From an uncultured Lachnospiraceae bacterium (GTDB lineage Bacteria; Bacillota; Clostridia; Lachnospirales; Lachnospiraceae), in assembly GCA_902781225.1 (NCBI GenBank), contig CACZIN010000022.1, positions 3,460 through 43,459 on the forward strand: 40,000 nucleotides of DNA. Reading direction: 5' to 3'. Position numbers and translations under genes: made by a program. Below are positions 1-7,774 of the stretch, piece after piece. The first letter of the stretch is position 1. Each line of letters begins with the position of its first letter. The notes under the pieces were generated by a model. The model searched no databases. It was not told where the DNA came from and was given only the letters and a program-made list of their open reading frames with translations.

Positions 1-794
1 CCGAGATATTGATTCTTAAAGACAACAAAATACTTATCATTCTCGATCTTTCTGACGAGTGCATCAATCTCTGTAAAGTATTTGTTCACCTTCCGGTCGA
101 TTAACGCTACGAGCAGCGACCGCTTGACGTCCTCGATACTGTCGAGCGCCTCGTCATAGTTGTCGATGTATACAAGCCCCGCCACCAGACGCTGTTCCTC
201 GTTCTCGCGGATGTAGCGGTTCAACTCTGTCTCATCAAACAGGTACATCGCCGTCAGATATTCATTGCTCTCATCGAGCGATACGATCGTGCTGTCGTGT
301 GTCATGGCGTCAAAATAAATCCGCTTTAACGCCACACGGTAATACCGGTCATTGTATGTCAGATTGATCGACTCCACCGGCTCGCTCCGCTGCAACAGCT
401 CCTTGGTCAGCGTCGGGAATACCGTCATGACCGACTTATGATACTTCTTGTCTTTTCCTGTGACCTCCGTAAACTGCTCATTCACCCACAAAAACTTTGC
501 ATTATAATCAACCAGTGCATATGGGATTTCAAACTCATTTAAGAGCTGTTTCTGCACGAGACCGTACTGCGTCGCAAAATTGATCAACTCATCGATCAGA
601 AGCGGCTTATTGCGCAGATAAGCGATCAGCATGATCACAAAATAGAGCAGTACAAATCCAGAAAAAAGCACTCCCGAAGAAGTGTCTTCCATATACACAA
701 ACACATTGATGATAATCAGAAGCATTGTAAGCAGCAGCGGCAGATACAAATATGTACGAAGCTTTCCTTTAATCTTTACGTTACTTTTTCTCAC
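1..794 (-). CDS. gdpP: c-di-AMP phosphodiesterase GdpP (YybT-like), N-terminal part; the gene runs off the window start
   Basis: My own minus-strand translation (absent from the ORF track because it is truncated). GTG start at 794 with GGAGG 7 nt upstream. Two N-terminal hydrophobic helices (LYLPLLLTMLLIIINVFVY, GFVLLYFVIMLIAYL), a PAS-like segment, then LVYIDNYDE, typical of the degenerate GGDEF domain of GdpP. Its position downstream of rpsF-ssb-rpsR matches Firmicutes synteny. Confidence 0.8.
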   Translation of the reverse strand, partial: MRKSNVKIKGKLRTYLYLPLLLTMLLIIINVFVYMEDTSSGVLFSGFVLLYFVIMLIAYLRNKPLLIDELINFATQYGLVQKQLLNEFEIPYALVDYNAKFLWVNEQFTEVTGKDKKYHKSVMTVFPTLTKELLQRSEPVESINLTYNDRYYRVALKRIYFDAMTHDSTIVSLDESNEYLTAMYLFDETELNRYIRENEEQRLVAGLVYIDNYDEALDSIEDVKRSLLVALIDRKVNKYFTEIDALVRKIENDKYFVVFKNQYL

Positions 795-882
795 AAGCAA
801 GCCTCCATCATTCTATACAAAAACACTATCATACCGTGCATTATACCATTTTGACCGCCCAATATAAAGCCTTTTTTGCCCG

Positions 883-914
883 AAAAAAGACTGCCCACAA
901 CAAGTTGGACAGTC
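883..914 (-). terminator. Rho-independent terminator after the lipoprotein gene
   Basis: Hairpin gactgcccaac/gttggacagtc (1 mismatch) at 889-914, followed on the minus strand by a T6 run (883-888). Confidence 0.6.
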
Positions 915-930
915 CAAAATTTCAGCCGCT

Positions 931-970
931 ATATCTAGTTGGTTTGCGCTTTATCTAGTTGCCTTGCGCT
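931..970 (-). repeat. 2 x 20-nt tandem direct repeat spanning the stop codon of the lipoprotein gene
   Basis: atatctagttggtttgcgct (931-950) versus ttatctagttgccttgcgct (951-970). The second copy holds the last codons and the TAG stop. Confidence 0.7.
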
Positions 971-1674
971 TCGCTTCCGCCATCTTCCGCCGGCGCGAGC
1001 GTCATGTAATTCCCCTTATCCATATCGTCGATAAAGTTGTTGGAAATGATCTGGGTACCGTCCTGCGGCTCCACCTCATCCACAACCTCACTCAGATCTG
1101 TCTGGTATCCTCCGTCCGGATTGTAGTGGCAGATACGGTATCCATCTTCCGCTCCACGACCGTATTCCCGGTAAATAATATCATGCCAGCCGTTCGTCAT
1201 GCGCTCGCTTACCGTCACCGGCGTGTGGATTCCCTCAAACGACTCGATCACCTGGAACGTTCCGTCCGCCTGTTCCGATAAGATCAGCGCCGGATCGCCG
1301 AACGATACCTTCGTATAATCGCCGACCACGACAACAAAAATCTCATCCGTCCCATCCTCATTCAGATCGATATGATTATAGTAATACCGGGTCTTGCTCT
1401 GCTCCTCGTCCGGGATCTGATAATAAGAGATCAGAAACTCCGCCAGCGCCGGATCCGGCGTCTCCTCCGCGTACTGCGAGACCACTGTCGCCACATCCTC
1501 CGCATCCTCCGCCGCAAGGAAATGCTCTTCCAGCACCTGCTCAAGCGTCTGCTCCGTCTGTTCCACCTGCTCGGTCTGCTCCGCCTGCTGTGCCTCTGCG
1601 CCATTCCCGCCGCATCCTGCCAGCATCAGAACCATTGTCAGCATGACTGTCGTTTTGTACCAGTGTCCTCTCAT
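955..1674 (-). CDS. Putative lipoprotein, function unknown
   Basis: I trimmed the ORF to the ATG at 1674 (MRGHWYKTTVMLTMVLMLAGCGG). It has a signal peptide with lipobox LAGC and an acidic Q/E-rich linker. GAGGAG lies upstream of the start. Confidence 0.7.
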   Translation of the reverse strand: MRGHWYKTTVMLTMVLMLAGCGGNGAEAQQAEQTEQVEQTEQTLEQVLEEHFLAAEDAEDVATVVSQYAEETPDPALAEFLISYYQIPDEEQSKTRYYYNHIDLNEDGTDEIFVVVVGDYTKVSFGDPALILSEQADGTFQVIESFEGIHTPVTVSERMTNGWHDIIYREYGRGAEDGYRICHYNPDGGYQTDLSEVVDEVEPQDGTQIISNNFIDDMDKGNYMTLAPAEDGGSEAQGN

Positions 1675-1812
1675 TCGCGTTCCCACTCCTCTGCACCTCT
1701 TGCTCTTACACATACCCATAATATTATATGATTCTTGTCTCATTTCCAAGCCCATTTTTCTATTCTTAAGGAAAGTTTTAGAATCAGCGGCATTATAAAA
1801 ACGCAATCACAT

Positions 1813-1850
1813 AAAAAAGCCCAACAATCGGAAAGATTGTCGGGCTTTTT
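1813..1850 (-). terminator. Rho-independent terminator after rpsR (structurally bidirectional)
   Basis: 12-bp stem agcccaacaatc/gattgtcgggct with one G-U pair on the minus strand and loop ggaaa. It is flanked by A6 and T5 runs. Confidence 0.75.
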
Positions 1851-1860
1851 ACTTATCAGC

Positions 1861-1911
1861 TTATTTGCAGCGATTAAACGAAGTTTATTCGCAGCGATTA
1901 AGTGGATCTTA
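1861..1911 (-). repeat. 24-nt tandem repeat (about 2.4 copies) of the rpsR 3' end, each copy ending in an in-frame TAA
   Basis: Minus strand reads ...TGCGAATAA GATCCACTTAATCGCTGCGAATAA ACTTCGTTTAATCGCTGCAAATAA. The stops at 1909-1911, 1885-1887 and 1861-1863 are all in the rpsR frame. Confidence 0.8.
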
Positions 1912-2172
1912 TTCGCATACGTACGGCATCAATGCAACGTGACGTGCTCTCTTGATCGCTACAGTGAGCGCTCTCTGATGCTTTGCACAGTTGCCTGTGA
2001 TACGGCGAGGAAGGATCTTTCCTCTCTCAGAGATGTATCTCTTTAACTTGTTGGTATCCTTGTAATCGATCACATTGTCCTTACCACAGAATACACAAAC
2101 TTTTTTTCTTCTATGCATCGGGCGTCTCTTCATTGGAGCGCCTTCTTTGTCTGCTGCCTTATTGAAAGCCAT
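1909..2172 (-). CDS. rpsR: 30S ribosomal protein S18
   Basis: [62 protein letters not shown] is the canonical S18 sequence. The rpsF-ssb-rpsR order is conserved. Confidence 0.97.
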   Translation of the reverse strand: MAFNKAADKEGAPMKRRPMHRRKKVCVFCGKDNVIDYKDTNKLKRYISERGKILPRRITGNCAKHQRALTVAIKRARHVALMPYVCE

Positions 2173-2200
2173 GATAATTACCTCCTGTTATTATCGTCCA

Positions 2201-2647
2201 TTAGTTAAATGGTAACTCTTCATCAATTCCGTCCGGAATATTCATGAAGCCATCACCTGCTGCACTGCTCGGTGACGGTCTGTCGGAAGGGGTAAAACCG
2301 GAATTATCTCCGCCGCCGGAAGAATTCTTGCTCTCTGCAAACTCTACATTCTCAGCAACAACGTCCGTCGTGTATACACGCTGTCCGTCCTTGTTGGTGT
2401 AGCTTCCGGTCTGAATACGTCCCTCCAGAACGAATTTAGTTCCCTTACGTCCGAATCTCTCCAGAAACTCTGCAGTTCTGCCAAATGCAACGCAGTTGAT
2501 GAAATCTGCAGTCTGCTCGTCCCCGTCACGACGGAAGCGGCGGTCTACCGCAAGCGAAAATCTTGCGATGGCGGTGGAGTTCTCACCCTGTGAGTAACGC
2601 ACCTCTGCATCTCTGGTCAGTCTTCCCATAAGAATCACTTTGTTCAT
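2201..2647 (-). CDS. ssb: Single-stranded DNA-binding protein
   Basis: Start trimmed to MNKVILMGRLTRDAEVRY. It has an OB-fold core, a Gly/Ser/Pro-rich linker and an acidic tip, DEELPF. Confidence 0.95.
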   Translation of the reverse strand: MNKVILMGRLTRDAEVRYSQGENSTAIARFSLAVDRRFRRDGDEQTADFINCVAFGRTAEFLERFGRKGTKFVLEGRIQTGSYTNKDGQRVYTTDVVAENVEFAESKNSSGGGDNSGFTPSDRPSPSSAAGDGFMNIPDGIDEELPFN

Positions 2648-2697
2648 ATACGATTCCTCTCTTCCCTCAAACAAACGTTATCAGTTCAAAGAATCTC

Positions 2698-2988
2698 TTA
2701 TTTCTCGTCTTTTCTCACAACTAAGAAACGAAGTACGTTGTCCATGATACGAACGTCCTGCTCAACTTCTGCCGGAGCAGTCGGCTCTGCATCGAACTGA
2801 ATGAAGTAGTAATAAGCTTCGCTCATCTTCTGAACTTCGTAAGCTAACTTCTTCTTACCCCAGTCCTCTACTTCTGTTACAGTACCGCCGGCACGAGTGA
2901 TGTACTCTTTTGCCTTCTCTACTGTAGCTGTTCTCGCATCGTCTTCGATCTTTGCACTGACAACGAGTGCTAACTCATACTTATTCAT
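2698..2988 (-). CDS. rpsF: 30S ribosomal protein S6
   Basis: Start trimmed to MNKYELALVV with AAAGGAGGAA upstream. The sequence is S6-like (KLAYEVQK..YYYFIQF). Confidence 0.95.
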   Translation of the reverse strand: MNKYELALVVSAKIEDDARTATVEKAKEYITRAGGTVTEVEDWGKKKLAYEVQKMSEAYYYFIQFDAEPTAPAEVEQDVRIMDNVLRFLVVRKDEK

Positions 2989-3065
2989 GCGAATTTCCTC
3001 CTTTTGGTCTCTGGCCCATGTTTTCATTACATGAGCAAGGAATAATTATTATATCACGAGCATCT

Positions 3066-3094
3066 ACTATAACACGTTTTCTCCGGAATTACAA
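3066..3094 (-). promoter_or_regulatory. Sigma-A-type promoter for the rpsF operon
   Basis: Minus strand reads TTGTAA (3094-3089), a 17-nt spacer, then TATAGT (3071-3066), about 75 nt upstream of the rpsF ATG. Confidence 0.55.
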
Positions 3095-3134
3095 GTGCTT
3101 TCTTGAAAAAAGCGCAAAAAACTGCGCAGCGTGC

Positions 3135-3335
3135 CTATTCTGTCTCCCCCGCCTTGCGCAGTCCTCTGGTATTTTTCTCCACAAGCTTTCTTGCAATCAT
3201 GATCTGATGTCCGCAGCCCGCACATTTCAGGCGGAAATCCGCGCCGACGCGCAGAATCTCCCACTCACTGCTGCCGCACGGATGCTGCTTTTTCAGCTTT
3301 ACGATGTCTCCCACTTCATAATGGTACTGGTTCAT
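3135..3335 (-). CDS. DUF951 family small protein (YyzM-like)
   Basis: Start trimmed to MNQYHYEVGDIVKLKKQHPCGSSEWEILRVGADFRLKCAGCGHQIM. The C-x-n-C/CxxC pattern and the location upstream of rpsF are typical of DUF951. Confidence 0.8.
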   Translation of the reverse strand: MNQYHYEVGDIVKLKKQHPCGSSEWEILRVGADFRLKCAGCGHQIMIARKLVEKNTRGLRKAGETE

Positions 3336-3421
3336 GGTCTTCCTCACTTTCCTGATGTAGTGATAGTGTAGCATGTTTCGCACCGCTGCGGTAGAAAAAA
3401 TTTCATTTGCTCCGCGTCCGT

Positions 3422-4147
3422 CTACACCTCAATCTGCCCGAATACGTCGCCGAGTCCCGCCTGAATCAGCAGATCTGCTCTCGCGTCCATCGGCGTCGTC
3501 GATTTGTTGATTAACACCAGTTTGTTTCCCCGGTAATAATCAATCAGACCGGCCGCCGGATATACCGCAAGCGATGTGCCTCCGATAATCAGCATATCCG
3601 CGTGGCTGATGTAAAATACGGCATCCTCCAGCGTCTGCTGATCCAGTCCTTCCTCATAGAGTACCACATCCGGCTTGATCGTACCGCCGCAGGCATCGCA
3701 CAGAGGTACTTTTCCCGGATAATCCCTCACATACTCCGCATCAAATCCCTTGCCGCACTTTCTGCAATAATTCCGGTGCACGCTGCCGTGCAGTTCAAGC
3801 ACGCGCTTGCTTCCCGCCAGCTGGTGCAGACCGTCAATATTCTGCGTCACGACGGCTTTTACTTTTCCAGCCGCCTCAAGCTCCGCCAGCTTTTTATGCG
3901 TGATGTTCGGCTCTGCGGTAAGGCAGAGCATTTTATCCCGGTAAAAACGGTAAAACTCCTCCGGGTATTTTATATAGAAGGAATGGCTTAAAATCGTCTC
4001 CGGCGGATAGTCATATTTCTGGTTATAAAGACCATCCACACTGCGGAAATCAGGAATTCCGCTCTCCGTAGATACACCGGCTCCCCCGAAGAACACAATA
4101 TTGTCCGACTCCTTCACCATCTGCAAAAATTGTTCGATATTCGTCAT
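3422..4147 (-). CDS. cobB: NAD-dependent protein deacylase (Sir2/CobB family)
   Basis: Sirtuin motifs [23 protein letters not shown] and HG. Zn-ribbon cysteines CRKC...CDAC. Confidence 0.9.
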   Translation of the reverse strand: MTNIEQFLQMVKESDNIVFFGGAGVSTESGIPDFRSVDGLYNQKYDYPPETILSHSFYIKYPEEFYRFYRDKMLCLTAEPNITHKKLAELEAAGKVKAVVTQNIDGLHQLAGSKRVLELHGSVHRNYCRKCGKGFDAEYVRDYPGKVPLCDACGGTIKPDVVLYEEGLDQQTLEDAVFYISHADMLIIGGTSLAVYPAAGLIDYYRGNKLVLINKSTTPMDARADLLIQAGLGDVFGQIEV

Positions 4148-4297
4148 TGACTGGCGCCTCCCATTCCACTGCGATTTTCTCTATCATACACCAATCGCGC
4201 GCCAAAATCTATCGGTATTCCATCCCGGCAGAGTCCGAAACCGTTCTCTAAAACGCAAACATCAGATACAGCAGAACCCAGGTCTTTCTGATATAAA

Positions 4298-4324
4298 ACA
4301 AAAAAACAGCAGTCATACGACTGC
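4298..4324 (-). terminator. Terminator after tRNA-fMet
   Basis: Stem cagcagtc/gactgctg with loop atac. A T7 run follows on the minus strand (4298-4304). Confidence 0.7.
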
Positions 4325-4335
4325 TGCCTACAGAG

Positions 4336-4409
4336 TTGCGGGAATAGGATTTGAACCTATGACCTTCGGGTTATGAGCCCGACGAGCTTCCAGACTGCTC
4401 CATCCCGCG
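4336..4409 (-). tRNA. Initiator tRNA-Met (anticodon CAT)
   Basis: I folded a 74-nt cloverleaf by hand: CGCGGGA..TCCCGCA-A. It has the C1xA72 mismatch, three consecutive G-C pairs in the anticodon stem (TCGGG CTCATAA CCCGA) and T-loop GGTTCAAATCC. CCA is not encoded. Confidence 0.9.
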
Positions 4410-4468
4410 CTATGTGCAACTTCCATTGCTTCCTGTATTACAATGTCCATTGCTTGTTAACATAATGT

Positions 4469-4497
4469 ATTATAACTCTTTCGTACCCACTTGTCAA
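4469..4497 (-). promoter_or_regulatory. Consensus sigma-A promoter for tRNA-fMet
   Basis: Minus strand reads TTGACA (4497-4492), a 17-nt spacer, then TATAAT (4474-4469). Confidence 0.75.
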
Positions 4498-4644
4498 ATC
4501 CGCTTGCGCACCCTGCTTTTTCCTGCCTTACTCTATCATTATATGCAGGCCTGACATCCTGTAGAACCGGGTTTTTCATTTTTCTGTTTTCACAGACATT
4601 TTTATGAAAAATCCTTCCCGGGCGCAGCCACAGCCGACGGCTGC

Positions 4645-5169
4645 TCACATGTATCCCGCCAGGATAATGCTTGCGACTGTCCCCGCAGTGGTTGCGATCA
4701 GCGCGCCCACCAGCGTGTAACGGCTTTTTTTGATCCCCGCTGCCATAAAATAGACCGACATTGTATAAAAGATCGTCTCCGTGCTGCTCATCATGATGGA
4801 CGCCATCTTCCCCAGCATGGAATCCGCGCCGTACTCTTTGTAAATATCTAAAAGAAGACCAGTCGCCGCAGAGGACGAAAACATTTTGACCACCGTGACC
4901 GGTATCAGCTCCGGCGGAAAACCCAGCCAGCCGATCCCCCGTCCCAGCAGCCCGGAAAAACTCTCCAGAAAACCGGAAGCCCGCAGGATCCCGACCGCCA
5001 CCATAAGCCCGATCAGTGTGGGCATGATTCCGATGACCGTCTGAAAGCCGTCCTTTGCCCCGTCTATGAACTCCTCATAGATATTCTGTCTGTTCAGAAT
5101 TCCATAACCGACAATACCGAAAATGAGAAGCGGTATCATTATGTCCGATAGAAAAATCATTACACTCAT
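4645..5169 (-). CDS. spmB: Spore maturation protein B (nucleoside-recognition/Gate-domain membrane protein)
   Basis: Polytopic membrane protein. The MPTLIGLMVAVGILRASG and SSSAATGLLLD segments are typical of SpmB. Confidence 0.85.
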   Translation of the reverse strand: MSVMIFLSDIMIPLLIFGIVGYGILNRQNIYEEFIDGAKDGFQTVIGIMPTLIGLMVAVGILRASGFLESFSGLLGRGIGWLGFPPELIPVTVVKMFSSSAATGLLLDIYKEYGADSMLGKMASIMMSSTETIFYTMSVYFMAAGIKKSRYTLVGALIATTAGTVASIILAGYM

Positions 5170-5238
5170 GATACGTCCAGAATCTTCCGTTATTCTACTA
5201 TATGAAATCCGGACAGCAAATATTCACGGACTTCCGGG

Positions 5239-6918
5239 CTACGGCATGTCGCGCTGCTCTTCCTCCTCGTGATTCGTCAGCTTCTCGTACTGATCCTGTG
5301 ACATCGGTCTGCCAAAATAGTAGCCCTGAATATAGTCACATCCGAGATCGTTTAAGAAATCGACCTGATGCTTTTCCTCCACACCTTCCGCAATGACCAT
5401 CATATCCAGCGAATCCGCCATCCGGATGACCGCCTCGATGATCTTTGCACCCTTTTCCGCGGTATTTCCCTTGGAAAAGAACTTCATATCGATCTTTAAC
5501 ACGTCGAGATCCACATCCTTTAAAATATTCAAGGAGGAATAGCCGCTCCCGAAATCATCCATCAGAATCGTAAACCCGGCGTCATGCAGATAATTCACCG
5601 CTCTCTGGATCAGTTCCGCATCCTCGGAAAAAACACTCTCCGTCAGTTCCAGATTCAGATAATGCGGCGGAATATGGTAGCGGTGAATGAGGTCAATCAG
5701 TGAATCCATAAAATCCGGGTTGTAGAGGTTGACCCTGGATACGTTGACCGAAATCGGCGCCGGATTCCTTCCCTGGGAAAGCTCGCTGTCTATGAACTGG
5801 CAGACTTTCTCCCACACATAATAGTCCAGCTTCGTGATAAAGCCGTTGCGTTCAAAGATCGGTATAAATTCGTTCGGAAGCACGATCTCGCCGTTCGGCT
5901 TCTTCCAGCGCACCAGTGCCTCCGCTCCGTACGGAGCCATCTTTTTCAACTGATACTTCGGCTGGAAATAGACGATAAACTGCTGCTCTGCCAGCGCGGC
6001 ATCCATCTCGTCAATGATATGCTGCTCGCGGAGCATTTTCTGTCCGATCTCCTCCGTATATAAAACGTCGTGAACCATGTACTGACCCTTGCACTGTGCC
6101 GCCGCAATCTCCGCGTTGTCGTGCATCGCCGCCACTTCCATATCTGGATCGTCCACCAGATAAATGCCCGCGCAGGTCTCCAGATAATAATGTACGGTGT
6201 GTTTCCGGATCTCTGCCCGGATTCCTTCCAGTATGTGGTAGATCGCCGCACCGTCTTCGTAGGGGACACACATTCCGAACACATCGCCGCCGAGGCGTCC
6301 GTATGTGCCTCTGCCGTAGGCTGTCATGACCTTGCGGATGGCTCCCGCCACAAAATGGATCAGGCGGTCTCCCTCTTTGGATCCGTAGAGAGTATTGATA
6401 ATCCGGAAACGGTCAATGTCAAAATGGATAAAGGCAAAATTCTCTCCCGCGCGCTGATCCAAAAGCTCGCGCGTCGCCTGGTAGAACTTCTGCTGTCCGT
6501 AAATGCCGGTAAGGAAATCATATTCCAGAAACCGCACCTTGCTTTTCTCGATGGCATTGCCTGCGCGCAGTCTCATGATCCCGGGACTGGAATTCTTCAG
6601 AACAAAATCCCATGCACCGAGCTCCAGACTCTTCTGCTCTCTCTCCGGGTCATCTTCTGTCGTGCACACCACAACCGGAAGATAGCTGTACTCCTTCCGC
6701 TTCCGATACATCTCCAAAAATTCATAACCGTCCATCACCGGCATCATCAGATCCAGCATAATCAGTGAAATCTGTGCTCTTTTTCTGGAAAGAATCTCCA
6801 ACGCCTGCTTCCCATTACATGCCTCGAGGATGTCGTAATCCGATCTCAAAACATCCGCCACTGCCATCCGGTCCTGCTGACAGTCATCTACGATCAGTAC
6901 ATATTTTTTTCTACCCAT
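5239..6918 (-). CDS. Response regulator with REC, a degenerate GGDEF (GGDVF) and an EAL domain; predicted c-di-GMP phosphodiesterase
   Basis: Start trimmed to MGRKKYVLIVDD with GGGGGA upstream. REC motif LIMLDLMMPVMDG. GGDEF signature reads RLGGDVF. The EAL set is intact: EALVRW, ELTES, DDFGSGYSSL, KID, EGVE, QGYYFGRP. Confidence 0.9.
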   Translation of the reverse strand: MGRKKYVLIVDDCQQDRMAVADVLRSDYDILEACNGKQALEILSRKRAQISLIMLDLMMPVMDGYEFLEMYRKRKEYSYLPVVVCTTEDDPEREQKSLELGAWDFVLKNSSPGIMRLRAGNAIEKSKVRFLEYDFLTGIYGQQKFYQATRELLDQRAGENFAFIHFDIDRFRIINTLYGSKEGDRLIHFVAGAIRKVMTAYGRGTYGRLGGDVFGMCVPYEDGAAIYHILEGIRAEIRKHTVHYYLETCAGIYLVDDPDMEVAAMHDNAEIAAAQCKGQYMVHDVLYTEEIGQKMLREQHIIDEMDAALAEQQFIVYFQPKYQLKKMAPYGAEALVRWKKPNGEIVLPNEFIPIFERNGFITKLDYYVWEKVCQFIDSELSQGRNPAPISVNVSRVNLYNPDFMDSLIDLIHRYHIPPHYLNLELTESVFSEDAELIQRAVNYLHDAGFTILMDDFGSGYSSLNILKDVDLDVLKIDMKFFSKGNTAEKGAKIIEAVIRMADSLDMMVIAEGVEEKHQVDFLNDLGCDYIQGYYFGRPMSQDQYEKLTNHEEEEQRDMP

Positions 6919-6987
6919 ATAATCCCCCGTACCTTGAAACACGATCTGCGTTTCTCCTATGTACTATTATAGATTTTTCGTTTCCTT

Positions 6988-7593
6988 TCAGCAACGTTTT
7001 TTTAACTTACAAAAGATAATTGCCGCCGCGGTACTACATATAGTCGCAATAAGCCCCGGACCCACTACTGCTGCGGGATTGACACTCCCGTACTGACTCC
7101 GGTACGCGATGATATTGACCGGAATCAGCTGCAGGGACGAGATGTTGACGATCAGAAACGTACACATCTCATCCGTGGCAATATCCGGTCCGCGTTTCCA
7201 CGAGGTTCCTTTTTGTCCGCAGAGTTCCAGGTTACGCTTCTGCAATGCTTCCATCGCTTTTAACCCCGCCGGCGTTGCCGCCCAGCCAAGTCCGAAGACA
7301 TTCGCAATCATATTCATCGCAATGTATTCGTTCGCGGGGTGTTCCTGCGGGAGATCCGGAAACAGGAAATGCAGCACCGGGCGCATTCTCCGTGAAAGTC
7401 CCTCAATGATCCCCGCCTTTTCCGCAATCCGCATCAGTCCCACCCAGAAAGACATGACTCCCATCATGGTAATACAAAGCGTAACGGCCTCTTTTGCCGA
7501 ATCGAGTGCCGCCGTCGTGATCTGCGGCAGGGTTCCGTGGAATGCCCCGTAGATGATGCCGGTCAGAATCATAAATGCCCAGAGATAATTCAT
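6988..7593 (-). CDS. spmA: Spore maturation protein A (nucleoside-recognition-domain membrane protein)
   Basis: Start trimmed to MNYLWAFMILTGIIYG. The FGLGWAATPAGLKAM motif is typical of SpmA. The long N-terminal extension in the ORF track lacks any coding signal. Confidence 0.85.
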   Translation of the reverse strand: MNYLWAFMILTGIIYGAFHGTLPQITTAALDSAKEAVTLCITMMGVMSFWVGLMRIAEKAGIIEGLSRRMRPVLHFLFPDLPQEHPANEYIAMNMIANVFGLGWAATPAGLKAMEALQKRNLELCGQKGTSWKRGPDIATDEMCTFLIVNISSLQLIPVNIIAYRSQYGSVNPAAVVGPGLIATICSTAAAIIFCKLKKRC

Positions 7594-7774
7594 ATCCCCA
7601 CCCGTTTTTATCGTTTCTCCATATATATGCATCCCGGAATAAATCTTGACTGCATCCCTTTGATGCGCAAAAGCAGCGCAGAACTTTTGAATAATTGCAC
7701 ATTTTCCCACATAGAATATGTTAATTTTCCGGCACAGGAGATTTCTTCGCTGCCGCGTTTCCCGAGGTGTTTGT

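Noticed and set aside
682-867. A 61-aa plus-strand ORF at the gdpP 5' end.
   Set aside because: It is antisense to the gdpP start and promoter region and has no RBS. It is probably spurious.
2989-3134. A possible S6:S18-responsive autoregulatory leader structure upstream of rpsF.
   Set aside because: A leader of about 75 nt exists downstream of the predicted promoter. I could not identify a convincing conserved structure by eye. A covariance-model search is needed before any claim.
4457-4648. A 63-aa minus-strand ORF between spmB and tRNA-fMet.
   Set aside because: It overlaps the consensus tRNA promoter, has no RBS and has a basic low-complexity sequence. It is probably non-coding.
6070-6768. 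A 232-aa plus-strand ORF antisense to the REC-GGDEF-EAL gene. Similar antisense ORFs occur at 21058-21738, 23814-24659 and 33018-33974.
   Set aside because: All lie fully inside well-supported genes on the other strand. They have biased, motif-free sequences.
7718-7774. ATG 7718 as the start of the DUF885 gene.
   Set aside because: It has no RBS and would put 47 residues ahead of the lipobox cysteine. TTG 7775 has a GAGGTG Shine-Dalgarno and gives a normal-length lipoprotein signal peptide. The start remains uncertain.
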